A DNA stretch of 64,000 nt, taken from the NCBI GenBank assembly GCA_038143535.1, contig JAYQMD010000001.1, forward strand, positions 326,265 to 390,264. The letters are read 5' to 3'. Below are positions 19,003 to 29,178 of the stretch, piece after piece. This DNA comes from Bacteroidota bacterium (GTDB taxonomy: Bacteria > Bacteroidota > Bacteroidia > Flavobacteriales > Flavobacteriaceae). Numbering within the stretch: position 1 is the first letter of the stretch; each line of letters begins with the position of its first letter. A program made the translations under genes and the position numbers. The notes beneath the pieces were generated by a model. It was not told the origin of the DNA. It saw only the letters and a list, made by a program, of their open reading frames with translations, and searched no databases.

Positions 19003-20706
19003 ATGGCTGGAGCTAAACAGGACACTCGGCAGAAAATGATCAATATGATGTACTTGGTATTCATCGCCATGTTGGCGTTGAATATAAGTAAGGAAGTATT
19101 GGCTACACTGGGTGTAATTAACGACGATATTGCTGCTGCAACCCAAGATTTGGTTATGGACAGTAACGAGAAATACGATTTGTTCAGTAACAACAGTAAT
19201 AACGAATATTACAAAGTTGCTGCCCAAAATACCCCTCAAATTAAATCCATAGTTGATGCATACTATAACTATATTGATACGCTCAAAAATCGCTTGATAG
19301 CCACTGGTGAAAACGACTATCGCATTAGTCGTGAGAACAGAGCCACTGGTGAAATTGATTCCATTGTAGACTATCAAGTAATGGACAAGTCTCGGTATTT
19401 AGACGAGATGTTTTTTATTGGTGATAAATATTCAGAAGCAGGACAAGAGTTTGTGGATCAATTTTCAAGTTTTCCTTCTAAAATTCAGCAAGAGCTGGAT
19501 GTCTTTTTAGTCGAGGATGCGAAAAAAGATCCGCCTACTGAAGACGATCCTGAAGGTGAGTACGCTGACTTTGACTTTTCTTTTTTAAATGATTTATTCA
19601 CGCGTTTTGCTTATTCCGAAATGGTCTTAAACAGAGAAGGTAAACAACAGCCTTTTCTAGACTACCACTATAAAGGTTTTCCATTAATTGCGTCATTATC
19701 CAAACTCACCAAAATCCAATCTGATGTTCGATTTGTTGAGAATAAAATTCTGGAGAATATGTTGAGTACCATCAACGCACACGAGGGTGGACTTAACAAA
19801 TACCAAACGCTTTTAGAAACCTCTAAATCGTCTTACTACACAAGTGAATTGGTAGATGCTTCAATTGTAATGGGTAAGAAAGATTCGAATTTTAAACCCA
19901 ACAGAGTTGAGCTTTCGATTAACAATCGACCTATGCGTCAAGGCAGGGACTTCGAAATTGCCGCGGGTGGTGTCCAACTTAAGAAGCGCTTTGGTGCTCC
20001 AGGCTCTTATAAGTTGACCGGAAAGCTCTTTTTTGAGCGTAACAACAAAGAACAGTCTGTAGATGTTGCGCAAGTAATTTCTGTAATTGACAAACCCAAT
20101 GATGCTGTTATTTCCGCTGATCAAATGAAGGTTGTGTATCGCGGTTTGCCTAACGATTTGTCTATTTCAATCCCCGGTATTCCAAACAATAAATTACGCG
20201 TTCGTGCTACGAACGGTAAAGTACGCCGTAATGGATTGAAATTCGAGGCAATTCCAGATGGAGACAAAGTAGGCGAGAGCATGCGTATTTTTGTTTCTGG
20301 AGAAATTAATGGATCGACCATTAATGCGCCTGGACAAGATTTTAGAATTAAACCATTACCGCCTGCACTAGGTTCTATTGATTTGGGTGAGCGTCTTGGT
20401 AAATTTAACAGTGGTGAAATCATCAGGGAATACGTCCCGGCTGGTACCATTGCCGCTAAATTCCCCGATGACTTCGATTATAACCTAAATGTAACCGTAA
20501 AGCGCTTTAATATCAAGGTAGGTAGTAGAGCGGCTATTCCAATTAATTCCAATCGAATTAAAGACTCCCGTGTTATTCGATCTTATTTGGAGAACGCATC
20601 ACGTGGAGATATTATTTTCGTTTATAACATTGAAGCTCAGGTAAAAACAGAAACTCAAATTATAGATGATATTAAAGTAACGGACTTTGCCTTAACCATT
20701 AAGTAA
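19003..20706 (+). CDS. gldM: gliding motility / T9SS protein GldM (PorM family)
   Basis: The N-terminus MAGAKQDTRQKMINMMYLVFIAMLALNISKEVL is the characteristic GldM start. 567 aa. Confidence 0.88.
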   Translation: MAGAKQDTRQKMINMMYLVFIAMLALNISKEVLATLGVINDDIAAATQDLVMDSNEKYDLFSNNSNNEYYKVAAQNTPQIKSIVDAYYNYIDTLKNRLIATGENDYRISRENRATGEIDSIVDYQVMDKSRYLDEMFFIGDKYSEAGQEFVDQFSSFPSKIQQELDVFLVEDAKKDPPTEDDPEGEYADFDFSFLNDLFTRFAYSEMVLNREGKQQPFLDYHYKGFPLIASLSKLTKIQSDVRFVENKILENMLSTINAHEGGLNKYQTLLETSKSSYYTSELVDASIVMGKKDSNFKPNRVELSINNRPMRQGRDFEIAAGGVQLKKRFGAPGSYKLTGKLFFERNNKEQSVDVAQVISVIDKPNDAVISADQMKVVYRGLPNDLSISIPGIPNNKLRVRATNGKVRRNGLKFEAIPDGDKVGESMRIFVSGEINGSTINAPGQDFRIKPLPPALGSIDLGERLGKFNSGEIIREYVPAGTIAAKFPDDFDYNLNVTVKRFNIKVGSRAAIPINSNRIKDSRVIRSYLENASRGDIIFVYNIEAQVKTETQIIDDIKVTDFALTIK

Positions 20707-21536
20707 TGAAAAAGTATCTAAATCCTGTTTTCTTGTTTATGTACTGCAGTGTGTTCTTGCAAGCGCAAGTCAATGTACTCAACGCTGACCAACCAAGTGA
20801 AATAGGTGTGTTGTCAGATGAGCAAAAGCTAGAATTGTCAGAGAAAAAGTATTTGCAGTATCCTTATGTAGATGATAAAGATATCATGTGGAGTAAGGTT
20901 GTTTATGAAGAAATAGACTTATCTGAAAAATTTAACCACCCTTTATTTTTTCCAAAAGACGGATTGTATACCAGCGAACGGAAGTCACTATGGCGCACCA
21001 TTAGTAATGCCATTCTATCCGGGAAAGTTAACAAAATTTATAATGACGCCAACCCGAACTTTACAGAGCTTTTTGACAAGGAAACGTACTTAAAGCGTTT
21101 GGAAAATAGAGATGGCCCTGAAGTTGTACCCTTAAAGTCTATGGATATTACTTCTTATAAAATCAAAGGTATTTGGTATGTAGACAAACGTATTGGTGAA
21201 ATGCGCTACCGATTGTTGGGTATCATGCCGCGTGGAAAAGACATGAACAATTTGAACAATAAAGAGTCAGTTGATTTGTTCTGGTTATGGTATAAAGATT
21301 TGCGTCCCATCCTTCACGCACAACTCGTTTTTGATGATAGGAATAATGCAAGTCGTGTTACTTTTGATCAACTACTAACCTCAAGAAGATTTACGGCGCG
21401 TATTTATGCCCTTGACAATGTCTTTAACGACAGACCGGTGGATCAATATGTTGACGACCCATTTATGCAGTTGATAGAGTCTGAGCGCCTTAAAAACGTA
21501 ATTCGAGACTTTGAGCAAGACCTTTGGTCTAACTAA
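20706..21536 (+). CDS. gldN: gliding motility / T9SS protein GldN (PorN family)
   Basis: 276 aa with a signal peptide. The start overlaps the gldM stop (TAATG), and it is the last gene of the gldKLMN block. Confidence 0.85.
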   Translation: MKKYLNPVFLFMYCSVFLQAQVNVLNADQPSEIGVLSDEQKLELSEKKYLQYPYVDDKDIMWSKVVYEEIDLSEKFNHPLFFPKDGLYTSERKSLWRTISNAILSGKVNKIYNDANPNFTELFDKETYLKRLENRDGPEVVPLKSMDITSYKIKGIWYVDKRIGEMRYRLLGIMPRGKDMNNLNNKESVDLFWLWYKDLRPILHAQLVFDDRNNASRVTFDQLLTSRRFTARIYALDNVFNDRPVDQYVDDPFMQLIESERLKNVIRDFEQDLWSN

Positions 21537-21543
21537 TTAATCT

Positions 21544-21567
21544 AAACCCACAACTGTGGGTTTTTTT
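21544..21567 (+). terminator. rho-independent terminator after gldN
   Basis: Reads aaaCCCACaactGTGGGttttttt, ending immediately before the next gene's ATG. Confidence 0.65.
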
Positions 21568-22605
21568 ATGCAACATGATGTACTTATTGTAGGCTTTGGT
21601 CTTGCTGGTTGGGCGCTTACTGAGGTTTTAAAGCATGAGGGAAAGGCATTTGTTGCTTTCGATGCAGAAAAAAAATCCAGCTCTAGTGTAGCTACGGGTA
21701 TTTATAACCCCCTTGTTTTAAAGCGATTTACCGCTATTTCTCATGCCCAAGAACTTATGGATTTCTCCATCCCTTATTATGCTAACACAGCAAATGGCAA
21801 CTTCCAGCACCCCATGTCGGTATACCATGTGTTTACCAAAGCCGCAGAACAAAACAATTGGATGGAGGCGTTAGATAAACCTGCTTTAAGCCCCTATATG
21901 GTCGACACCATACAAAACCAGGGCATTAACAATATCGCAACACCTCATGGTTTTGGTGAAGTGCAGCATACAGGTAGGATAGATATCAATGGTCTTTTGC
22001 GCTATGCAATTAACGAGCTAAAACCAAGCAGTGCTTTTGTCCGAGAACAGTTTGACTATGACGCTTTAAAAATGACAAGTGAAGGCGTTATTTATAAGCA
22101 ATGGAGTGCCAGACATATTGTTTTTGCTGAAGGTATTGGAATTAAGCACAATCCATGGTTTGCGGCACTTCCAATTATTCCCAATAAGGGGGAGTGGTTA
22201 ACGGTTTCATGCAAGGGGCTTCAACTGGCACAGATGATCAAGGGGAGTGTATTTATCGTACCCCTGGGAAATGATAGGTATCGGGTCGGGGCTACCTATG
22301 CGCGTGCTTTTGAAAACCTTGCACCCACGGCTGAAAAAAAAGCGTGGTTAATGAATCAATTTAAGAAATATACCGACTTGCCTTTTGAAGTTTTGTTTCA
22401 TGGCGCTGGTTTGCGCCCTACGCTTCCAGACCGACGTCCTGTAGTGGGTAGACATCCCCAATTTTCTTCATTAAGCTGTATTAATGGGCTGGGTTCACGT
22501 GGAGTATTGTGGGCACCCTATCTCGCAAGCCTCTTGGTAAAGCACCTTTATGAGAGTGCTTTTTTACCAGAAGATCTTCAACTAAGACGTTTTATGCATA
22601 CATAA
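21568..22605 (+). CDS. FAD-dependent oxidoreductase (DAO family)
   Basis: The N-terminal dinucleotide-binding motif DVLIVGFGLAGWA is present, at DAO-like length. The start is set at ATG 21568 (MQHDV...) because the upstream GTG lies inside the terminator. Confidence 0.75.
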   Translation: MQHDVLIVGFGLAGWALTEVLKHEGKAFVAFDAEKKSSSSVATGIYNPLVLKRFTAISHAQELMDFSIPYYANTANGNFQHPMSVYHVFTKAAEQNNWMEALDKPALSPYMVDTIQNQGINNIATPHGFGEVQHTGRIDINGLLRYAINELKPSSAFVREQFDYDALKMTSEGVIYKQWSARHIVFAEGIGIKHNPWFAALPIIPNKGEWLTVSCKGLQLAQMIKGSVFIVPLGNDRYRVGATYARAFENLAPTAEKKAWLMNQFKKYTDLPFEVLFHGAGLRPTLPDRRPVVGRHPQFSSLSCINGLGSRGVLWAPYLASLLVKHLYESAFLPEDLQLRRFMHT

Positions 22606-22879
22606 AAAGAGATACCTTATTAACAAAATGCATCTTTTTAGCCTGAAATGGATGATTAATGCATTTTTGTCTAACTTTTTATCGTCGAAGGGAAATCCGC
22701 CAAGTAAATGTATATTCATCTCATTATGAGTTAATTACAATAAAATCAAAAAATTAAATCAAAGAATTCGGATTCGAATTTTATAGAGTTTTAGAATATG
22801 TGAATAAAACCTGCATTTTTATATCATTTACAGGGTAAGTGTGCACTTTTTTTATTAACTTTAGAAAAATTAATTAATC

Positions 22880-23074
22880 ATGGCATACTCATTTCAAAAT
22901 AGTAAGGGTAAAACGTATTACCTTCATACTAAAGATGTAACACTTAAAGGAGGAAGAAACCAAACCATCTATTACTTCGCTAAAGATCAACGCGACAACG
23001 CTTGTGATTTGCCAGCTGGTAAGAAGGTAGTTGAAAACGAACGTACGGGACTTCCTTTCGTAAAGTCTGCTTAA
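22880..23074 (+). CDS. small hypothetical protein (64 aa)
   Basis: Isolated ORF MAYSFQNSKGKTYYLHTKDVTLKGGRNQTIYYFAKD... with non-random, coding-like composition. A strong terminator follows. I recognise no family. Confidence 0.5.
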   Translation: MAYSFQNSKGKTYYLHTKDVTLKGGRNQTIYYFAKDQRDNACDLPAGKKVVENERTGLPFVKSA

Positions 23075-23097
23075 TTTATTAAGCATTCGAGAAATTG

Positions 23098-23126
23098 AAA
23101 CCCTACCATACTGGTGGGGTTTTTTT
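23098..23126 (+). terminator. rho-independent terminator after the 64-aa ORF
   Basis: Reads aaaCCCTACCAtacTGGTGGGGttttttt: an 8-bp stem with one G-U pair, followed by a T7 run. Confidence 0.7.
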
Positions 23127-23379
23127 ATGTCCTTATTAGTGGCAACAGCAGCAATTAAAGCTGTTAAAAATAGAGTCAAACGTATAGGTTAGAGTAACTT
23201 CATGAGCACCATATGTTATATGGCATTTTACAAATGTATAATTTAAAAAATGTTGATTTAAGTTTAATCAATTTATTGTCGCAATTTTTAGCATCAATAC
23301 CAAAATTCAAGTCACAAAATGGAATTAATATTTTTTTTGACAGTTGATTAAGATACTTTTGCAATGAAAAACCAATTCC

Positions 23380-25605
23380 TTGCGTTTAAGTTCACTTCTT
23401 ATTTTGATCTCGGCATTTAGTATTAATGCGCAAAGCTTCGTTGTAAAGGGTAGGGTCTTTTCTGGTGGTACCCCATTGGAAGCCGCAAGCGTTTATCTCA
23501 ATGCAACTGCTGTGGGCGTAACCACCAATCAAAAGGGCGCTTTTTCCATTTCCATGAATGCTAGATCTGCTGCGCTCACCATATCATACATAGGCTATAA
23601 AACCAAAACCATTGTAATTTCCAACGACAAACACGATTTAGGAATTATTGAATTAGTCCCTTATGATTCGCTTGAAGAAGTCGTTATTTCAGGAACGCTT
23701 AGGCAAATTTCAAAACTTGACAGCCCGGTACCCGTTGAGGTATATGGCAAAGCTTTTTTTAGCGCAAATCCAACAGCATCTGTTTTTGAAGCATTAGAAA
23801 ATGTAAACGGCATTCGGCCACAACTCAATTGTAATGTGTGCAATACGGGTGATATCCACATTAATGGTCAAGAGGGAAGTTATACCATGGTGCTTATTGA
23901 TGGTCTTCCTATTGTTAGCGGCTTGTCAACTGTTTATGGCCTTTCGGGAATTCCCCAATCTTTAATCGAACGCGTTGAAATTGTTAAAGGGCCTGCGTCC
24001 ACACTCTACGGATCGGAAGCCATTGGTGGTGTGATCAATTTAATAACCAAACTTCCCGAAAACACACCTGCGTTTTCAATATACACTTTCTTTTCTGGTT
24101 GGGGAGAGACAAATACGGACTTGGGATATAAATACCGTCTGTCGGTTCGTTCATCTGGGTTGCTAGGCATACATTATTACAATTACAGCAACCCGATAGA
24201 CAACAATGGCGATGGCTTTACAGATTTGACGTTACAAGATCGCTTGTCAATTTTTAACAAGTTCAACTTTGGCGATAACTTGTCAGTGGCCACGCGATTT
24301 GTTTATGAAGACCGTTGGGGCGGTCAAATGGATTGGTCACCAAAATACAGAGGTGACGACCAAGTTTATGGCGAAAGTATTTACACGGCTCGGATAGAAG
24401 TATTTGGAAAATACCAATTCAACAACAACTTATCTTTACAATTTAGCTTTAATGATCACAACCAAAATTCAGCTTACGGCACAACCCTTTTTAACGCCAA
24501 ACAATCTATTGGCTTTAGTCAAATGATTTGGAACAAAACCCTCCCAAAAAACGATCTCCTTATAGGGCTTGCTTACCGGTATACTTATTATGATGATGAC
24601 ACATCAGTAGTGTACAATAATAACGCTGGCGTTACCCACTTACCGGGTTTTTTTGTTCAAAACGAAACTAAAATAGACGCGTATAATACCTTGCTTTTAG
24701 GCCTTAGATATGACAAAAATTCCATCCACGGAAATATCCTTACGCCAAGAATAAATTACAAGATAAATAACCTTGACAAGAGTTCTATTTTTAGATTGAG
24801 TGCAGGGACGGGGTATCGTGTTGCTTAAGTATTTACAGAAGATCATGCTGCCTTGACCGGCGCTAGAGAAGTGGTTTTTGTTGACGAATTAGAACCTGAA
24901 AAATCATGGAATATAAACCTAAACTATGTTAAAACGTTTTATTTTAAACAGGGCGTTATTTTTGACATTGACCTTAGCCTATTCCACACAGTTTTTTCAA
25001 ATAAGATTATCCCCGATTACGACACAAATCCAAATAAAATTATTTACGATAATTTGGACGGCTCATCTATTTCAACAGGGGCATCGTTAAACGCAAATCT
25101 TGTCAATCAAAATGGTGTTCGTATTAATCTAGGCGCTACTTACATAGACACCTATGCCGAAACGGCTGGTGTTAAAACACGACCTTATTTGACGGAACGT
25201 TTTCAAGGCGTATGGAAAATACAGAAAAAGTGGTATCCAAGCAATCTAACCTTCGACTTGACAGGTACAACTACGGGTCCACTTAAACTTCCTACACTTA
25301 ATGCACTGGATCCAAGACCCTCCATGTCTGAAACGTTTAATATTGTTAATATTCAACTCACTAAAAATTGGGGAGATGCCTTTGAAATTTTTGGGGGCGT
25401 TAAAAATATTTTAAACTTCACGCCGCCAGCCAATAGCATCTCGCGTGCTTTTGACCCATTTGACAAGCAAGTAACTTTTGACGGTTTTGGGAATGTATTG
25501 CAAACGGCCAACAATCCGTATGCCTTAACTTTTGACCCCACCTATGTTTACGCTTCTAATCAGGGCATTCGTTTTTTTGTCGGAGTGCGCTGGAAGCAGC
25601 TTTAA
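23380..25605 (+). pseudogene. TonB-dependent receptor (CarboxypepD_reg-like N-domain, plug, beta-barrel) interrupted by one in-frame TAA at 24826..24828
   Basis: Track ORFs 23380..24828 and 24853..25605 are in the same frame. The sequence across the stop reads GTGYRVA*VFTEDHAALTGAREVVFV, a contiguous barrel segment. The plug motifs IERVEIVKGPASTLYGSEAIGGVINLIT are present. Confidence 0.8.
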
Positions 25606-25756
25606 GCACTATTTTTATGTTGCTTTATTTTGTTTAGCATAGTTTCCCATGGCGCATCTATTTTTTGAGAATAACGATTTGTTATATAAAGTTGAAGATT
25701 TGAATTAGTTTTACATGGCTTATAAATGCACCTTTGTTGAGCATATATTACATGCT

Positions 25757-27160
25757 ATGAAATTACGTATTGCCTTTATACTAATGTTGCTTCTGTTTGC
25801 TTTAGCAAGTGCGCAGGACAACCCCAATTTTATTATTATTTTAGTGGATGATCAGGGATGGAACGGTACTTCTGTTCAAATGTCTGATAGCGACCCACTT
25901 TCCAAAAGCGATTATCATCAAACACCAAACCTTGAAAAACTTGCCAGTTCAGGGATGCGCTTTTCATCGGCTTATGCCAGTGCGCCTGTCTGTTCGCCCT
26001 CACGTTACAGTATTCAATTTGGGCAAACTCCTGCACGTCTTGGGATGATCCGCGTTGGCATGAGCACCAAGCATATCAACCACAACACCCCCATTACTAT
26101 TCCGAAGTTATTGAAACAAATTGACTCCAGCTACAAAGCAGCACACTTTGGCAAATGGGGCATAGCCGTAGATCCAGCGGTGCTTGGGTATGACGAAAGC
26201 GACGGGATTACGGGAAACAAAAATGGTGGGTTTAACCACAAAAACAATAGAAATCAATGGCGGAACAACGTCAGTGAAGACCCTAAAAAGATTTTTAGCA
26301 TCACCAAAAAAGCTATTGACTTTGTTGAAAGACAGGCTACTTCCAACACCCCGTTTTATTTGCAAGTTTCCCACTATGCTGTGCATTCCGACATTATGCT
26401 TCGTGCACCAACCTTGGAAAAATACAAAGACTTACCAAAGGGTAAATACCAAAAACATGCTGGGTATGCTGCCATGACAGAAGACTTGGACAGAGGGGTT
26501 GGCTTATTACTAAACAAAGTTAAAGCGCTGGGGCTTGATAAAAACACCTATATCATCTACACTTCCGATAACGGAGCTGTGCCTGTTATGCCACCAAGGC
26601 CATACTATACTCACGGGAACAATACCCCTTTGAGTAGGGGCAAATGGGATGCCATGGAAGGCGGCATTAGGGTTCCGTTTATTATCAGTGGACCAAGAAT
26701 TAAGCATGGTACTGCCAGTAAAACACCCATTAGCTTTTCTGATGTTTTACCTACTGTGGTAGATCTGGCAGGGACAGCATTGCCATTGCTAGATGCTTTA
26801 GATGGCGGTAGCTTTAAGAAATTGCTTTTTGGAAGCGGCAGGGGAAAAGTTAAACGCAATACTGACGCACTGATTTTTCACGTACCTTACGAAAACGGTA
26901 TAGCAATCAAAAGGGCACATTCTGCGATCGTAATAAATCGCTTTAAGTTGATTAAATTCTACGACAATAATGAGATTAAATTATTTGATCTAGATGTTGA
27001 TTATGAAGAAAATAATGATGTAGCCCTTTCTCATCCCGAAAAAGCAAAAATGCTTGAGTTGGCACTGGAAACGTATTTAAAAGAAGTCAAAGCACCAAAA
27101 TGGAAGCCGGGAATTAATTGGAAGCAAAAAACGCTCGAGCAGTTTAACTCTTATCACTAA
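25757..27160 (+). CDS. S1-family sulfatase (formylglycine-dependent)
   Basis: Signal peptide MKLRIAFILMLLLFALASAQ, then NFIIILVDDQGW and the C-x-P-x-R motif PVCSPSR. Confidence 0.85.
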   Translation: MKLRIAFILMLLLFALASAQDNPNFIIILVDDQGWNGTSVQMSDSDPLSKSDYHQTPNLEKLASSGMRFSSAYASAPVCSPSRYSIQFGQTPARLGMIRVGMSTKHINHNTPITIPKLLKQIDSSYKAAHFGKWGIAVDPAVLGYDESDGITGNKNGGFNHKNNRNQWRNNVSEDPKKIFSITKKAIDFVERQATSNTPFYLQVSHYAVHSDIMLRAPTLEKYKDLPKGKYQKHAGYAAMTEDLDRGVGLLLNKVKALGLDKNTYIIYTSDNGAVPVMPPRPYYTHGNNTPLSRGKWDAMEGGIRVPFIISGPRIKHGTASKTPISFSDVLPTVVDLAGTALPLLDALDGGSFKKLLFGSGRGKVKRNTDALIFHVPYENGIAIKRAHSAIVINRFKLIKFYDNNEIKLFDLDVDYEENNDVALSHPEKAKMLELALETYLKEVKAPKWKPGINWKQKTLEQFNSYH

Positions 27161-27240
27161 TCTTTATATATTGGATTGATTTTCAGTGGATGTAAATATT
27201 TATAGGTAGTTTTGACAGCAGTTTAATTAAAAATATAAGC

Positions 27241-27567
27241 ATGAGTAAAAAATACATTCTAATTTTTGCTTTAACATTCTCTGCACCTGCTGTTTTTGTA
27301 CAAAATATCGCTGCAGAAAAAGCCGATAAAATCACTGATGAAATGGCTCAAGTGTTGTCTTTAAGTAAAGAAGAAAAAGCCAAGTTTTACGCGATTCAAC
27401 ACTGTCGTTTTCAAACCCCAATGGAGATCAGAATACAGTATGCAGGTGATATCGATGCCAAGAAAGCAGCGCTTCATAAAATTTACGACAAACTTCACGG
27501 GAAGTTGTTAGAGGCTATTGGTTCTGACAGAATGAAAGCCTGGGGTAACTTTAAACGTAATTATTAA
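27241..27567 (+). CDS. small secreted helical protein, unknown function
   Basis: 108 aa with a signal peptide (ALTFSAPAVFVQN). It is Lys/Glu-rich with an LSLSKEEKAKF segment reminiscent of LTXXQ/Spy-like periplasmic proteins, a weak resemblance. It lies between two sulfatase genes. Confidence 0.5.
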   Translation: MSKKYILIFALTFSAPAVFVQNIAAEKADKITDEMAQVLSLSKEEKAKFYAIQHCRFQTPMEIRIQYAGDIDAKKAALHKIYDKLHGKLLEAIGSDRMKAWGNFKRNY

Positions 27568-27601
27568 AAAGCATAAGAGCTTTTTCATTTCAGTTAACGC
27601 T

Positions 27602-29110
27602 ATGAAGTTTTTTAACTTATTTATAATCGTAGCCCTCGCGGCAACAATCACAAGTTCTAAGGCATATAAATCAACAGAAAAACACAATGTGTTGTTTATT
27701 GTTGCTGATGATTTGAATTGTGCGCTTGGTGCCTATGGCGACTCTTTGGCCAAAACACCAAACATAGACCGGCTAGCTAAGGAAGGTTTGCTATTCACGA
27801 ATGCCCATGTGCAATACCCGTTGTGTGGTCCATCTAGGGTTTCTTTTATGACAGGTTTATACCCTGACCAAACCAAATCCAAAGTCCTCCGTTTGTATGT
27901 AAGACAAACCATCCCAGACGTTGTCACATTGGGACAGAAATTCAGAACAGAAAATTACCACTCGGTGAGGGTAGGCAAAATTTATCACTATCACAACCCA
28001 CGGGACATTGGAACAGCAGGACATGACGATTCCTATACATGGGATCGCACTGTTAATCCCTATGGACGCGACAAAAAAGAGGAGTATAAGCTTGAAGGCT
28101 TAAAGGAAGTATTGAACGGAGGTGTTTTGAGTTGGCTTGAAGCTGATGGTAACGATGAAGAGCAAACCGACGGTATAGGAGCAACAGAAACCATGGCTTT
28201 TCTTGATGAATTTGCCGCAAGCGGTGAAAATTTCTTTTTGGCATATGGACTCTATAGACCCCATGTTCCTTTTGTTGCGCCAAAGGCCTATTTTGATATG
28301 TATGATATTGACGATTTTTCTGTTCCAAAAAGCTCAGAAGCCTATTTGCAAACCCTTCCACAGCCTGCTGCCAAGTCTGTACGTGCTAAAAAAGAACAAC
28401 TTAATTTAGATCCAGAATTGGCTAAAAAGATAAAACATGCTTACTATGCCACCACCAGTTTTGTGGATGCTCAAGTGGGCCGTGTTCTGGATAAATTAAA
28501 AGAAACAGGCCTTGATAAAAACACCATAGTTGTGTTTACTTCAGACCACGGTTATCACCTTGGAGAGCATGGGCATTGGCAGAAGCAAACACTTTTTAAT
28601 GATGCCACTAGAGTACCTTTAATTTTTGCTGGGCCAGGTATAAAAAGCAATAAAGGAAATGTTGACGCGCCTGTTGAACTCGTTGATATATACCCTACGC
28701 TTATGGACATGATGCAAATGCAGACACCTCAATTTGTGCAGGGTAAAAGTCTAATGCCTTATTTTGAGGGCGCTCGAGAGCCGATTAGAAAAAGTGCATT
28801 GACCGAGCTTGGGGTTTATACCTCCACAGGATGGGGCAAAGGCTACACCATCAAAACACAGCGCTATCGTCTTACACAATGGCAGTACAAAGGACGTTTG
28901 CATTATGAATTATACGACCATAAGTTTGATTCGGCAGAACTTAACAATTTAGCCGATAAGGCAGATTATGTTTCCGTCCAGAATTCGTTAACGCGCTTGA
29001 TACAGAACCGAATTACAGCAGCCAAAGAAACGCCCAATGGCCTTGGAAGGCAAATTGATTTTGCTAAGCCTTGGCGGGAACCTAAACCTATACTACTTAA
29101 GGCCAAATAA
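27602..29110 (+). CDS. S1-family sulfatase (iduronate-2-sulfatase-like)
   Basis: Signal peptide, NVLFIVADDLN, the C-x-P-x-R motif PLCGPSR and a TSDHGYHLGEHG motif. Confidence 0.85.
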   Translation: MKFFNLFIIVALAATITSSKAYKSTEKHNVLFIVADDLNCALGAYGDSLAKTPNIDRLAKEGLLFTNAHVQYPLCGPSRVSFMTGLYPDQTKSKVLRLYVRQTIPDVVTLGQKFRTENYHSVRVGKIYHYHNPRDIGTAGHDDSYTWDRTVNPYGRDKKEEYKLEGLKEVLNGGVLSWLEADGNDEEQTDGIGATETMAFLDEFAASGENFFLAYGLYRPHVPFVAPKAYFDMYDIDDFSVPKSSEAYLQTLPQPAAKSVRAKKEQLNLDPELAKKIKHAYYATTSFVDAQVGRVLDKLKETGLDKNTIVVFTSDHGYHLGEHGHWQKQTLFNDATRVPLIFAGPGIKSNKGNVDAPVELVDIYPTLMDMMQMQTPQFVQGKSLMPYFEGAREPIRKSALTELGVYTSTGWGKGYTIKTQRYRLTQWQYKGRLHYELYDHKFDSAELNNLADKADYVSVQNSLTRLIQNRITAAKETPNGLGRQIDFAKPWREPKPILLKAK

Positions 29111-29178
29111 AGTCGTTAATTTTTTAAAAGTACCCTCAGTGGTGTCTGCTATTAAGTGATTTAAAATAGTTGCGTATT

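Noticed and set aside
23127-23363. Riboswitch (for example cobalamin or TPP) ahead of the TonB-dependent receptor.
   Set aside because: The region is AT-rich with no recognisable conserved riboswitch core, and the -7 box sits right next to the start codon. That leaves no room for a structured leader.
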